64,000 nt of DNA from Basidiobolus meristosporus CBS 931.73 (lineage: Eukaryota; Fungi; Basidiobolomycota), in assembly GCA_002104905.1 (NCBI GenBank), contig MCFE01000006.1, forward strand, positions 186,001 through 250,000. Direction: 5' to 3'. Below the pieces are notes generated by a model, which searched no databases, had not been told where the DNA came from, and was given only the letters and a program-made list of their open reading frames with translations. A program made the translations under genes and the position numbers. Of this stretch, positions 48,970 to 60,040 are shown in pieces. How positions within the stretch are numbered: the stretch's first letter is position 1; the number at the start of each line of letters is the position of its first letter.

Positions 48970-50051
48970 ATGCTGAGCCAAGAGCCTGCCAGCTAGCAGC
49001 GCGATCTGTGCATCTAACTAGATCTCGGATATCCCACTCCCACGCCAATCACGTTCTCGATATATATTAAAACTCGCCCATAATCAATCGGCCGGATCTG
49101 AGGGAGCTGATTGGAGACGAGTGGATGCTTGGTCAGTAAGCGTAGTTGAAACGAAACGACGTCGGTGTTGACTGCATGAAACTCTGTGTTAATGTCATTA
49201 AGTATTACGCAAACTATGGCACTGATTGAACCCCTCACCCCAGGTTGTATACCACCGCCCCGTGCTATTCGATTTGAAGCACCCTCGGATGTTTCATCAT
49301 GGAACAGTGTAATGGGTGATCGGCATATATAACAATCGAATAATGCCCGCGTCCACATTGGAGCCAGATGGGTGCGAACATGAGAAGATCTATTCCGTGG
49401 CTCTTCTTCGGCGGCGTTCTGTCGGTCACCGTAGCATTCCCTTTGGAGCTCTCGAAGCTCACCAAGCTAGTCCCTTTTCTAGATCCACCTTCGTACGTCT
49501 TGCATGACGACTACATCACCGCTGATAATGTTAATGGTCTCGCCATCAATCTTTGAATGTCTGTAATGAAATTACCCACGGATAAAAGACCGGCTAACCA
49601 TACTGAGCTAGCGTTCGAATGAATACAGTTAAACCAGTCACCTAATACTCCTCCACATATCAGGTTTGTGATTAGGGCGGTAGAGGAACCTGGCGAGTGT
49701 AGTGTCGATGGATGGCTGAGGGCAGCAGTGCCAGTGTTAAGAAATGATCAACTGTAGCAAGTTTCATGAACCTGATTCATATGACTCAATTTGACTGATG
49801 AATCCCTATGGGATGTGTAAGGTACCAAGTGCTTACCTAATCTTTCCCTTCAAACACAAAGAGGCTGACAACATAGAACAGATACGATGAAAGTTTAATG
49901 AATCTACCCCTGGTATTGGTTCCTGACCATTACATATTTGGGTTTGAGTTCGGATCGATTTCACAGAATTGATCATATATATAATATCATAATACAATAT
50001 ACATCTATTTACATCCATGGTTTACATCACACATTCGAGTCCATCCCGAGA

Positions 50052-50555
50052 CTATACACTTTGGTCGTTGAGAAGAAACTCCAAGCTCATTAGTGAGGAG
50101 CTCGCGGTATCAGAAATGGCAGGTGAAGATGATCGTTCAGAGCCAGAGTGGTAGGTCTCGTAGGATTCGCTGTCGGAGAAGGGTTTTTCTGAGCTCAAGC
50201 ACAGAGGCAATCTCTTCCCGGTGTTGTATGAGTGGATACGCTGATGTCTGGCGAGCTGATCAGTTCTAGCGAATCGCTTATTGCAACCGATAGCCTCGCA
50301 GATGTGCGGGCGCTCACCTGTGTGTGTGCGTAGATGCCGGGTTAGGTTATCATATCTAAAGAACGCTCTTTTACAGATATGGCAGTGAACCAACTTGCGA
50401 CAATGCTTGGAGGCTCTTCCAGAAGCCTTTCCATCATCTGGTGTTGATGTATTGTGTTGTAGTCGAAATACACGGATGGGCACATCTTGTGTGTCAGTTT
50501 GAGAAGAGCTATTGGTAATCCATCTGGATTGAGCAACTTGGTCAATTTGCAGCAT
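50052..50555 (-). CDS. Two-finger C2H2 zinc-finger transcription factor
   Basis: CHICKRAFFRYDNLTRHLRTH-TGERP-HICEAIGCNKRFARTDQLARHQRIH, a Ser-rich tail ending LMSLEFLLN, and a single open exon. Confidence 0.93.
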   Translation of the reverse strand: MLQIDQVAQSRWITNSSSQTDTQDVPIRVFRLQHNTSTPDDGKASGRASKHCRKLVHCHICKRAFFRYDNLTRHLRTHTGERPHICEAIGCNKRFARTDQLARHQRIHSYNTGKRLPLCLSSEKPFSDSESYETYHSGSERSSSPAISDTASSSLMSLEFLLNDQSV

Positions 50556-50610
50556 CAAGAGTTGGTGAATGATGAGTTGGTAGGGAGCTGAAGTCAGGTC
50601 CAGCTAACTC

Positions 50611-50616
50611 TTTATA
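50611..50616 (-). promoter_or_regulatory. Candidate TATA box (TATAAA) for the C2H2 gene
   Basis: Located about 56 bp upstream of the ATG at 50555. Confidence 0.35.
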
Positions 50617-53600
50617 TCCCTGTAGCTAGGGATTGATGGCCGATCAGAGCGCATAAGCCGCATACAAATATAAAGATCTTCTTAATCAGAGGGTCACCCA
50701 ATGATGCCTCTTCATTCTTGGGGAGGCGGCTAAAACGGCCTAGTTTCGAGGGGATGGGCTCATAGTGACATCACCGGAAAAGGAAGTGCATGAAACAACA
50801 ATAGGCGTGCATTATAGGCAGATTAAATCATGCTACTAATAACCTGTTGTAATCAAAGATGGCCTACTCGTATTCTGAATTGACAGAGTATATTGCCAAA
50901 AAATGGAATAACTACTTTCGGTGTTATAATTCCGCCTTACGCAAGAAATACTCAAGATCATTATCCTATGGCAGGGTTGGAGGCAGTCTGCCCTTGAAAT
51001 CGTATGATATCATTGTGATGATGTCGGGAATACCACTGACCTTGACGTCATTGATAAACTACCCACCCAGTAGAACAGCTAATGCGATGCCTAATAACAA
51101 GCATACCAGGTAAATCATGATCCTTATAATTCTCCCCTAGAGTTTACTGAAACGGATCACTTGCTCTATCTCAGCTAAGAACCAGGTTTTGATCATCATT
51201 CATAGGGCTGCAGTGTCAGTAGAGAATATAGCGCTTTCCAAGCGTCTCTCGGCTTGTTATGGAGGTGTAGTTTCAAGCTGAATGCGTGTACCCTACTGTC
51301 TGCCCCATGATGCTTCACATAATGCTCACCTAGAGGTTACGTCATTTCAGGATCTCTGGACTATTACTGCCCGGTAACTGATCTAATCAAGCCGGGCTTT
51401 CCCTATCTCACTCTAACAAAATATGATTGCTGGTACTACCAGAGTGTGTGCTGCGACAGCAGAATCAGATCGGTTGAATACGCCCAAGTATGATGTATAC
51501 AAACCGCAACTGATATAGCATGGTAATAACGTATGCTGGCGAGGGTTCGCGACGCAGTTTCCTTTGCAATGCCCTTGGACGTATTTGCCTAGACAATCAA
51601 CTAGTTTGGAGTGTACTCTGATTACCTAATTACACAAACGCAATGCTGACATACCGGGACTTCATCGTGATTAGGTCACTGATAATCACTATTCGGATTC
51701 TCAGAAGGATGCTGTTGCAGATCCGGTTCCAAACAGCTACAAAAGTGGTGTTGTGCCGCAAATTACTGGAAAATTTACCCATCTGCAAACGCCAAGAAGC
51801 CTTTTTGTCTACATCTATGGATTACGATATCCGCGTGTGACCATGCGAACCTGTTCAGGTGCAAGAATGGTGTAGATAATGCACACTAGGGACCCGTTTG
51901 ATTGGCGCTCCGTTGGTTTGGTTTAATTGTGTTGTAACCTCCATTCTCTTTACTCCCTTTTGGTGAGGGAGGCCTGCCAGAACGTGCCATTTCTCGAGGA
52001 ATGATCTACAACAATGGGAAAGTGGATCCGGGTTAACTGTATGTGTGAAATTCGGATTGGTGTTCAGCTCATATATTAGATCCAAAACTGAACGATGCCA
52101 ATGGATTGCAATGGAAACAGAGAAATCAAAGGAATCTGCACCATTTCCGAGTATGCTATCCATCAGTGGTCACCTGTATCAAACAAACCAGAATTGCCGA
52201 GTACATTTCATTCATTCAAGACCATAAATTGCCACACAAATTATCAGATATGCGGTTTTTTACCAGGCTTCAGTGGTCACTTACAATGACACAGGCCTGC
52301 TGAACCCAGGGGTTGTTGGATAAGAGCGCAATCAACATATATATATATGTTCGTGGGACTTGCCCCAAGTTTGGCTCTTTTCGTCGATTATTCATGGCCA
52401 CTAGAGGGAGGCATTGGTAAGATGAAGCTGTGCAAGTATTGGTCCGAGGCTGTTCGTCAACTCCGCATTTTGAAGTGCTGCGATCTCTATCTCTATACTA
52501 TTCCCATATCCGTCCCTTTCCAGTTTCCACTGGCACCTGGTGCAAATTCCACAAAGATCCGTCAGTGACCATGTGGCTTGTTAGATTCAAATCCATGATA
52601 AATACACTGGTCTGGATGCACCCTGCTAGCTGGGGTGCTGGTAAGTGAATGAACAGTAAATGGTCATGAGACTCTACCGTTATTTGGTCAACCACAGAAA
52701 GAAAGAAAGACCTTGGGGGCGCCGTGCAGTTGACGTAGGTAGCATCGGGAACTTGGTTCTGCTCCGAGATCAATTGAAATTAGCTGACCACTAATTTCAA
52801 GCCAATATTCACTCCTAATTAATCGACCACATGCAAAAAGATGTTCATGAGCAACCAGGTGCAGAGTCGACTGTCTGCAATAGTCTCGTTCTTTTCTTGC
52901 TCGAAAGCTGTCATCCAATACTCACATACACTCTGCCATTGAGGTTATGTTTCTGAGATCGTATCATGGAACAGCTGAGCCGTATGGCCAAGAAACTGTG
53001 AGATCAACCCGCCCAAAGAGTACTAATTCATATGCATGCTTTCCGATCAGGATTAAACTTTCTTTCCTAACAGATCATACGATGTGATTAGCGTTGCTCT
53101 TGGTTATTTATTTATCTCGATTCCGCGTTTTGTAGATGGAAATTAATTGAGAAACAGATCTTGCATAATAAGATCGCTCCCTGCATTACACAATCATAGT
53201 TTGGCAGAATTCATCAATTATACAGGTAGATTACCTTTATTCCAGTGACCAATGTGTGATCAATAAAGGAAAAGCCTTAAACGTTAGGAAAAACATTTTT
53301 ATCATTTTCCAAGACATATTTGTTTCTAGTCTTTAATGTGTGTGTATTATTACACTTAGCAACTTCAGCTCTGAAGTGATTCATGTGGACTTCTCTTAGA
53401 GTTAATTTCATGTGATAGATAAGAATTCTTTAAATTATTGAAATCCCGGATATTGCCAAAAACCTTAACTCATTCAAGGACCCCAATTGTTGCTCCCTGG
53501 GACCTTCTTCAAAAAACACTCATCAATGGCTGCATGAAATGCTGCTGTATTCAATAATACTTCCTTTATTAAATAAGACTAGCAAGAACTGCATGCACTT

Positions 53601-53749
53601 TTAATCGCTAACCATTAGAAGTTACACAATAATTCTGAAGCAATTAGCACACTTTGTATCATTTATATGTGATTCTGAACTTGTTAATATCAAGGGGAGC
53701 GGGCTTGGTACCTATTATGTAGCTGTAGCAAATAAGATTACAATACGGG

Positions 53750-56018
53750 TCATAAACAGTGCAGCCATCTAAGCAATAGTAGTGCTGTATTCAGACTAAG
53801 CTTGTATGTGTTGTAAGAGTCTTGAGTAATACTGGATGTGATTGGGAGAACAAGTAAATATAGAGCTTTCACTTGGTGATTTGTGAAATATAAAATGTTA
53901 TTAATACTGTTGCATGGTTTTGTCAATGTTGCATACATATTACACTTCAGAATTCCTAGACAGTTGTGTGCAAAATTTTAAGGGTTGTTGTTCACTGCAA
54001 GAGTTCTCATATTCCAAACACTTAACATTTTGCTGAGAGAATCCAAACAAACTCAAACAAAAAGGTTAAGCCAGGCAATAGTACAGTACATAAGCTTTGG
54101 TCTATGTCAATTGGTCAAATATAGATATTCTAACATAAATACAAAACCAGCAATCCTCCCACACTACTAATTACTTGTATTAACCAAACCTTATGGTCTA
54201 AGGTATCTAGGCAAGTTTATGACAAACAATTTTTAAGTAAATCCATACTCCTCATAGGCTAGAGAGTAATCTAGGCTACACTTGTTTTCCCTTATAGCTT
54301 TAAATATATATGCAGTGATTTCTTAGGATAACAGCTAGTAACTAAGCTTAGTGATAACCTAAGGTTATCAAGATTTTTACATACTTGTCAAAAGCCCTCA
54401 GACTTTTGTACATATGCCTGAAACATCCATTAAGTCATTATCATCACCATATTTATAGGGCATGCATAAGTACTCAGATGCCTGATCTCAGCTTGGTAAG
54501 CAAAGCCAGAGCCACTAAATGTTGTAAGAGTTATGAGGCTATTGGAAGCCATTGGGAGAACAAGTTGAACATGTGGTTTATGCTTAATGATTCATTCAAT
54601 TTAGAAGTAATATATATTCCTTTACACAGTTTTTACAAAGCAAACACATGGAATATGTTTGGGAAAGCCCTAAGAGCATGTGTTTTGGGGCTGTCTGAGC
54701 AACTTGAAGATATTTCATGTTCTGAATTCCTATTTTTCTGGAGAAAATATTCTTAGTATATCACAAGTAGGAACTTGGACAGAGTTCTCTAAGAGTTGCT
54801 GACAATAGTCTTATTAACTAGGGTAGGCAAATATATAGGTGTATTACAAAATGGGCAACAGCCTCACTTAACTACTCACATTGACTGGTCTTAGCTTTGA
54901 ACTGAGATTTTCAAGGTTGTCATTAGTCAAGAGCTTAGTGAATAGACTTGTTCCATCATTCCAGCTGATCATAGTGCCCAATAGTGCCATAGCATGCCAG
55001 ATGGTGCTGGATCATGCCACAGAGTGCCAGATGGTGCCATACAGTGCCAATTTGGGATCAAAATTGGCATGCATATGACCCTAAAATATCAAATTAATAA
55101 CAAAATATACAGCACTTTCTGGCACTATGATCAATGGAACAATGGAACAAGTCTAATATGTTAGTAATCATTTCATCTGTAGGACTGTAGGACATGTTCA
55201 CTAAGTTATTCTTGATAGCTTCCCATATAAGATAATGTCTAGTATTCTTGTGCCTAGTTCAAGCATGAAAAGTTTTATTTCCACTTAATTGTATACATTC
55301 ATGGTTTTCTTAAAAAAATGCAAAGGTAGTTTCTTAATATAAGCCCAAATCCTTGAAGAGCTTTTGTAGTCACATTGCTTTTCTTACCACCTCACAGTCT
55401 GCCATATACTTTGCCTTTGAGGTGGAAAGTGCTTCAGTTGGTTACTTTCTAGAAATCTGCAAGTTTGTTCTATTAAAATGCAGAAAAGTGTGTGCTGTGG
55501 TGGTTCTTCTGTTGTTGGGGTTTTGCCCCAATCAGCAGCAGAGTAGCTCCAAAGATCCTGTTCTGAATCCTTATAGGTGTACTTAAAGTAGATAAGAGCA
55601 GATTGTCATGAGTACCTGAGAAATCTGATCAACTGCTGCAATATACTCAGACCCTTAATTTGGGTTATTTTAGCTGACAATTTCCTCTGCATATGAGATA
55701 TCTAGATCAAACTGCTAATTGTAGATGGGCAAGGGAACTCTGGGCTTTCAGATTGCACCAAACTCTCAGGATATAGCTCAGTATTAACCAAGTTGAGCTG
55801 GCTCATGGATATGTCTTCTTCAAGCTTCCCACTGAGATTCACTCTTTACATTCATTTGATAAATAAAGAACTTACACCTGTCTGCAAGAGCCAATGCTAC
55901 TCTGATGGTATTACACCTTCCTACCAATGCAAAGGTCTTAGTGTAGTTCAGTCATTCTGATTAATGGGCTATTGGGCACAAGTCTTGCTCTATATCTTTT
56001 GATAGTACCATTAACTTT
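53750..56018 (-). mobile_element. Copia relics: LTR fragments, LTR at about 54520-54860, and RNase H/RT remnants
   Basis: TGTTGTAAGAG..CAACA followed by a PPT-like tract. 54870-55640 is colinear with 16430-17000, and 55850-56018 with the RT region. Confidence 0.75.
54944..55154. mobile_element. 211-bp MITE of the PHIS family
   Basis: AGACTTGTTCCAT...ATGGAACAAGTCT ends, TSD AAT/AAT, internal GTGCCA repeats. The empty site restores the copia RNase H sequence seen at about 16500. Confidence 0.88.
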
Positions 56019-56225
56019 CCCTATTAAAAATAATTTGGTCCTGCAGGTAGATCCAATCTGGATCAGCCATCAAGATCCTGTCAGGAGACCAATTTTCTCA
56101 CTTTCAGATCCCAGACACTGTATCACCTCCTGCAGTTGTGTGCATTGATTGGCTATTGCCTCTTTTTTACACTGCTTACTTTCTGACTCAACTGTTTCTC
56201 TTACTTTTCATGTCTAATAATTGAT

Positions 56226-58294
56226 TTATTTCCATTGAAACTTCAGTTGTACCTCAATTGCCAATTGTATTGACCTATACAAGTCCCTATAACATACACT
56301 AACTTTGAGCCCAACCTCACATTCAACAAGTAACTCCATTAAAATCCACCACTCAATAAGTATTTCTGTTGTGATGCTTGGTTTCCATGACTTTGGTAGG
56401 AAATGGGCGGCTTTATGCCACTGTTCATTCACTGGTTCCCATATGTCCTGTTCTTCAGCCAGCACTACAAGGTCTAGCACCTCATCTGCCAGTCATTGCA
56501 GTAAATCTTTGCAATATTCAATTCCATTTTCTTGAGCACTGCTCTTGAAGAAGCACTGCAACCTCTTGGTGTGACTATTAATGTTCTAAAATTCCACTGA
56601 AGGCATTGTGATTACCTTTTGAGTTCTTGGCATTGTTACTTGGTCTGTCAGTGGGATCTCCATTCTGTCAGCAATGAAGAATGTGGAGGCTGTGGGAGAC
56701 AAATTGCCTTTCTCTGCAAACTCATCTATCTCACTGGAGTGCAGCTCAACTGGCTGCGCTTCCAAATCTTGCAAAAACTGCTGTTTCCTTGTTGGTAGTT
56801 CTTCTTGGCTATGATGGGGTTCAGTCTGTTCAAGGCTTACAGCATTAATTGGCAAGAACTGCATTTGTTTCTCATGCGTCCATGTCTCTGGCTTGGGAAG
56901 ACTTTTCTCCCTCTACCTTTTCCTTTATCACTGCCAGGATTTTCACTGCTACTTTGTCTGAGTGCCTCTTGTATTGAACTATATTTTCTCCTTGATAAAT
57001 GCTGCTCTGATGCATCTGTTTTGGCCTGCTTGTCCCTTGTTGGCACTATGCAGGCAACCAGATGCTTCATTCCTGCTTGTTTTGTGCTCTCAGCTCATGC
57101 TGTGATGGGCTCCCAAGGTAGACACTTGTGTTTACCACTGCCAGATCCTTCACTGCTACTTTGAATGATTGCTCCTTGAGTAGAAATATGCCTTTAACTT
57201 GATAATTGTTGTGCTGGTGCACCTGTGTCTGCCTGCTTTTCCATTATCAGCACCCTTTCAGCTACCTGTTGTTGCTTTGATGCTTGTATGGAGCTTTTGG
57301 CCCTGCTTGTAACAAGCTCTGGAGGAAGCTGCTGGTTTTTAGCCATTCCACCCTTGTACTACTGCCTTTGATAGTTTCTTCTACTCTTGAGATACTTTCT
57401 TAGCATACAAAGGCTGGCCCACAAACTATTTGCTTGTTTGAATCCAGGATAATGCTCATGGAACGAGTCAAGTGCATTCTGCTTGGCCTTGAGTTCCCAA
57501 TGGTCCCATTGAATGCCAGCCTAAAGGTATTGGTGTGCTGAACTTCCAACAGCCTGTTAAATGTTGACTTACTCTTCCTCATTGCACTCAAGAGCTTCAC
57601 AGATATTCAATGTCTTTTGATTTTCAGGCTTTGGTATAAACAATATATTATCTCCCTTCCATGCTGTGATGGGTTTTCCTGTGGGCTTTATCTTTGGGCA
57701 CTGTTGTTGTGCTTCAAAGACTATATGATGTTCCTTGGCTGCTTCATTTGGAAATGGCGCAATTATTGGCTGTGACATTGAGCTACTTGAGTTCCTTTGT
57801 TGCAGCAAAGATACTGCTTTCTCTACCTGGGAAATTGATTGCTCCACACCTTTTATCCGCTCATCCTGTTTCTGGACTATTTCCTGACTTCTCTGGGCCA
57901 TTGCATCTATCCTATCAGCCAATGCCATTAATTGCCACATTAGTGCTTTGGTATTAGCTGACAACATACTTACTAATACAGGTGGTGGTGATGCTATGAT
58001 GGCCACTTGCTGGTCTTCAACTGAAGGTACTGCTTTTGCTATATTCTCATCTGCCTCAGCATTATGGTCTGGTTGCAGCCCTGCAGAGATTCCCAATTGC
58101 CTACTTGACTGAGAGTGTGAGGAGTCAGCATTATTACCTTCAGTGGGCACACTGTCCACAGGACCTTTTTTAGTTGTTGCCCCACTTGTTGCACTGAATA
58201 TCAGAGCAAGCTGCTGTCCAACTGCTCCTCTGCTGCTGTCAGCAGTGGGGTTTGGTTGGGAACCAGACAACTTTGCTTTATTTTTTGGTGGCAT
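56226..58294 (-). pseudogene. ORF Y, best-preserved copy (about 690 codons, disrupted), function unknown
   Basis: MPPKNKAKLSGSQP.., coiled-coil ALADRIDAMAQRSQEIVQKQDERIKGVEQSISQVEKAV, central helical block, repeated Ser/Gln/Lys units and a C-terminal helical block. Confidence 0.75.
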
Positions 58295-58569
58295 ATATAT
58301 GGAAGTGAGTCCAACCAAAGGGGAAGTTGTGTTACATATATGTGTGTATGTGGTGCCACAACTTTATTTATAATGCTTATTATGGTGGATCATCATTGAG
58401 TCTTACATTCATGTAGGTGCAATGTCACAAATACAAGACTGTCTTAAATACACATGAGTAGTGACAAAAAAAATTATATAATAACATTACATTGTTAATT
58501 GTCAAATTGTTTGCCCATGGGCAAGATTACTTTGATACAACACCATAAGAGAAGAGAAAAAAAACTATG

Positions 58570-59883
58570 TGGCTTGTTGTGCATCAACATTCAAAACTTA
58601 GCCAATTTTACTCCGTTTGAAAATCTAGTACCCTAACTGATTTTCCCTAACCCAAACATAACACATCCCAGTTACAGTTTATTTTATCCCACCTCAGAAT
58701 ATATTTTTAGCCATCATTGATGATGTAATTTTCATTTATCTTATGCACCTATGAACACCCAAATTGATTTCAATCAATCCAGTCCCTTGGCGCTTACTAA
58801 TTCAACTTGATCAGAAAAGTATAAATAAAGTTTACTGAACCTTTTGGTTTAGTGTGTGTCTCAACAAAATTAAGATTCTGTCTCAGCAAAAATAAGAATC
58901 CAACAATTCTGTTCTAGTTTCTATCCAAGCCTAGTACATCTAGCACTCCAAAGAACACCAAGCCTAGCCTGCCTAGCAAACAAAAATCATTGTCTTTATA
59001 GCCAACCCAGCTATATCCAAGACCAATATTAGATCAGAATCTTTCTGCTAATATTTCTGCCACTCTCTGACAATTCTAAGATTCTGCACTTAATTGTCCC
59101 TTTGGTTCAGTTAAACCATTCAAGAGTTTTATTACACTTTCTCTTTGATAGAACATGGCTAGTGTAGCAAGCCTCTTGGCCATTGATGTATCCAAGAGAA
59201 AAGTGTACTAAACTCTTTAATGAGTTACCTGAACATAAGTGACAACTAAGTGCAGAATCTTAGAATTGTCAAGAGTGACAGAAATATTAACAGAAAAGTT
59301 CTGGTCTAATATTGGTCTTGTATATGGCTGAGTTGGGCTATAAAGGCAACAGAGTTGGTTTGCTATACAGGCTAGGCTTGGTGCTCTTGGGAGTGCTAGA
59401 TATGCTAGGCTTGGGCTGAAACTAGAACAGAACTGCAGAATTCTTAACTTTGCTGAGGCACAATCTTAACTTTGTTGAGACACACACTAAACCAAAAGGT
59501 TCAGTAATCTTTATTTATATTTTTCTGATCAAGTTGAATCAGTAAGTGTCAAGAGACTGGACTAATTGAAATATGTTAGGGTGTTCATAGATGCATAAGA
59601 TAAGTGAGAAATTGTATCCTTAATCAGCTAATGTTTTGGCAACTGCTAAGTGGTGGATAGATCTCAGATGACTAATAACTTGGAAAGGCTTAGCAGATCA
59701 GTTGAGGATGTAGTGACCACATGAAAATCAATCAGGTGTGACAGCTAAAAATAGATTCTGGGAAGTGATAAAATAACCACAACTGGGATTAGTAATGTTT
59801 GGGTTAGGAAAAATCAGTTAGGATACAAGATTCTCTAATAGAGTAAAATAGGCTAAGTTTTAAATATTGATGCACAACAGCCA
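58570..59883. repeat. About 1.3-kb foldback (long inverted repeat) insertion
   Basis: Left arm about 58570-59100 is the diverged reverse complement of about 59240-59883; the right arm carries about 120 extra bp. Absent from the homologous region at 12700-12840. Confidence 0.85.
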
Positions 59884-60040
59884 TGAAGCATGCAGACAGC
59901 ATTGGAAGCATTGCAAGGATGATAGCTAGTGTTCTGCCAAACAAGTCACATTTGACCATTCACCAGTCACTATTATACCAGCAATATCTTGCCAGCCACT
60001 TGATAGTTCTATAACAGCACCAGGCTGTACTTGTCACTTT

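Noticed and set aside
53300-53700. Possible LINE C-terminal relic (IRLARTACTFN)
   Set aside because: One weak motif only, with no RT domain or TSD.
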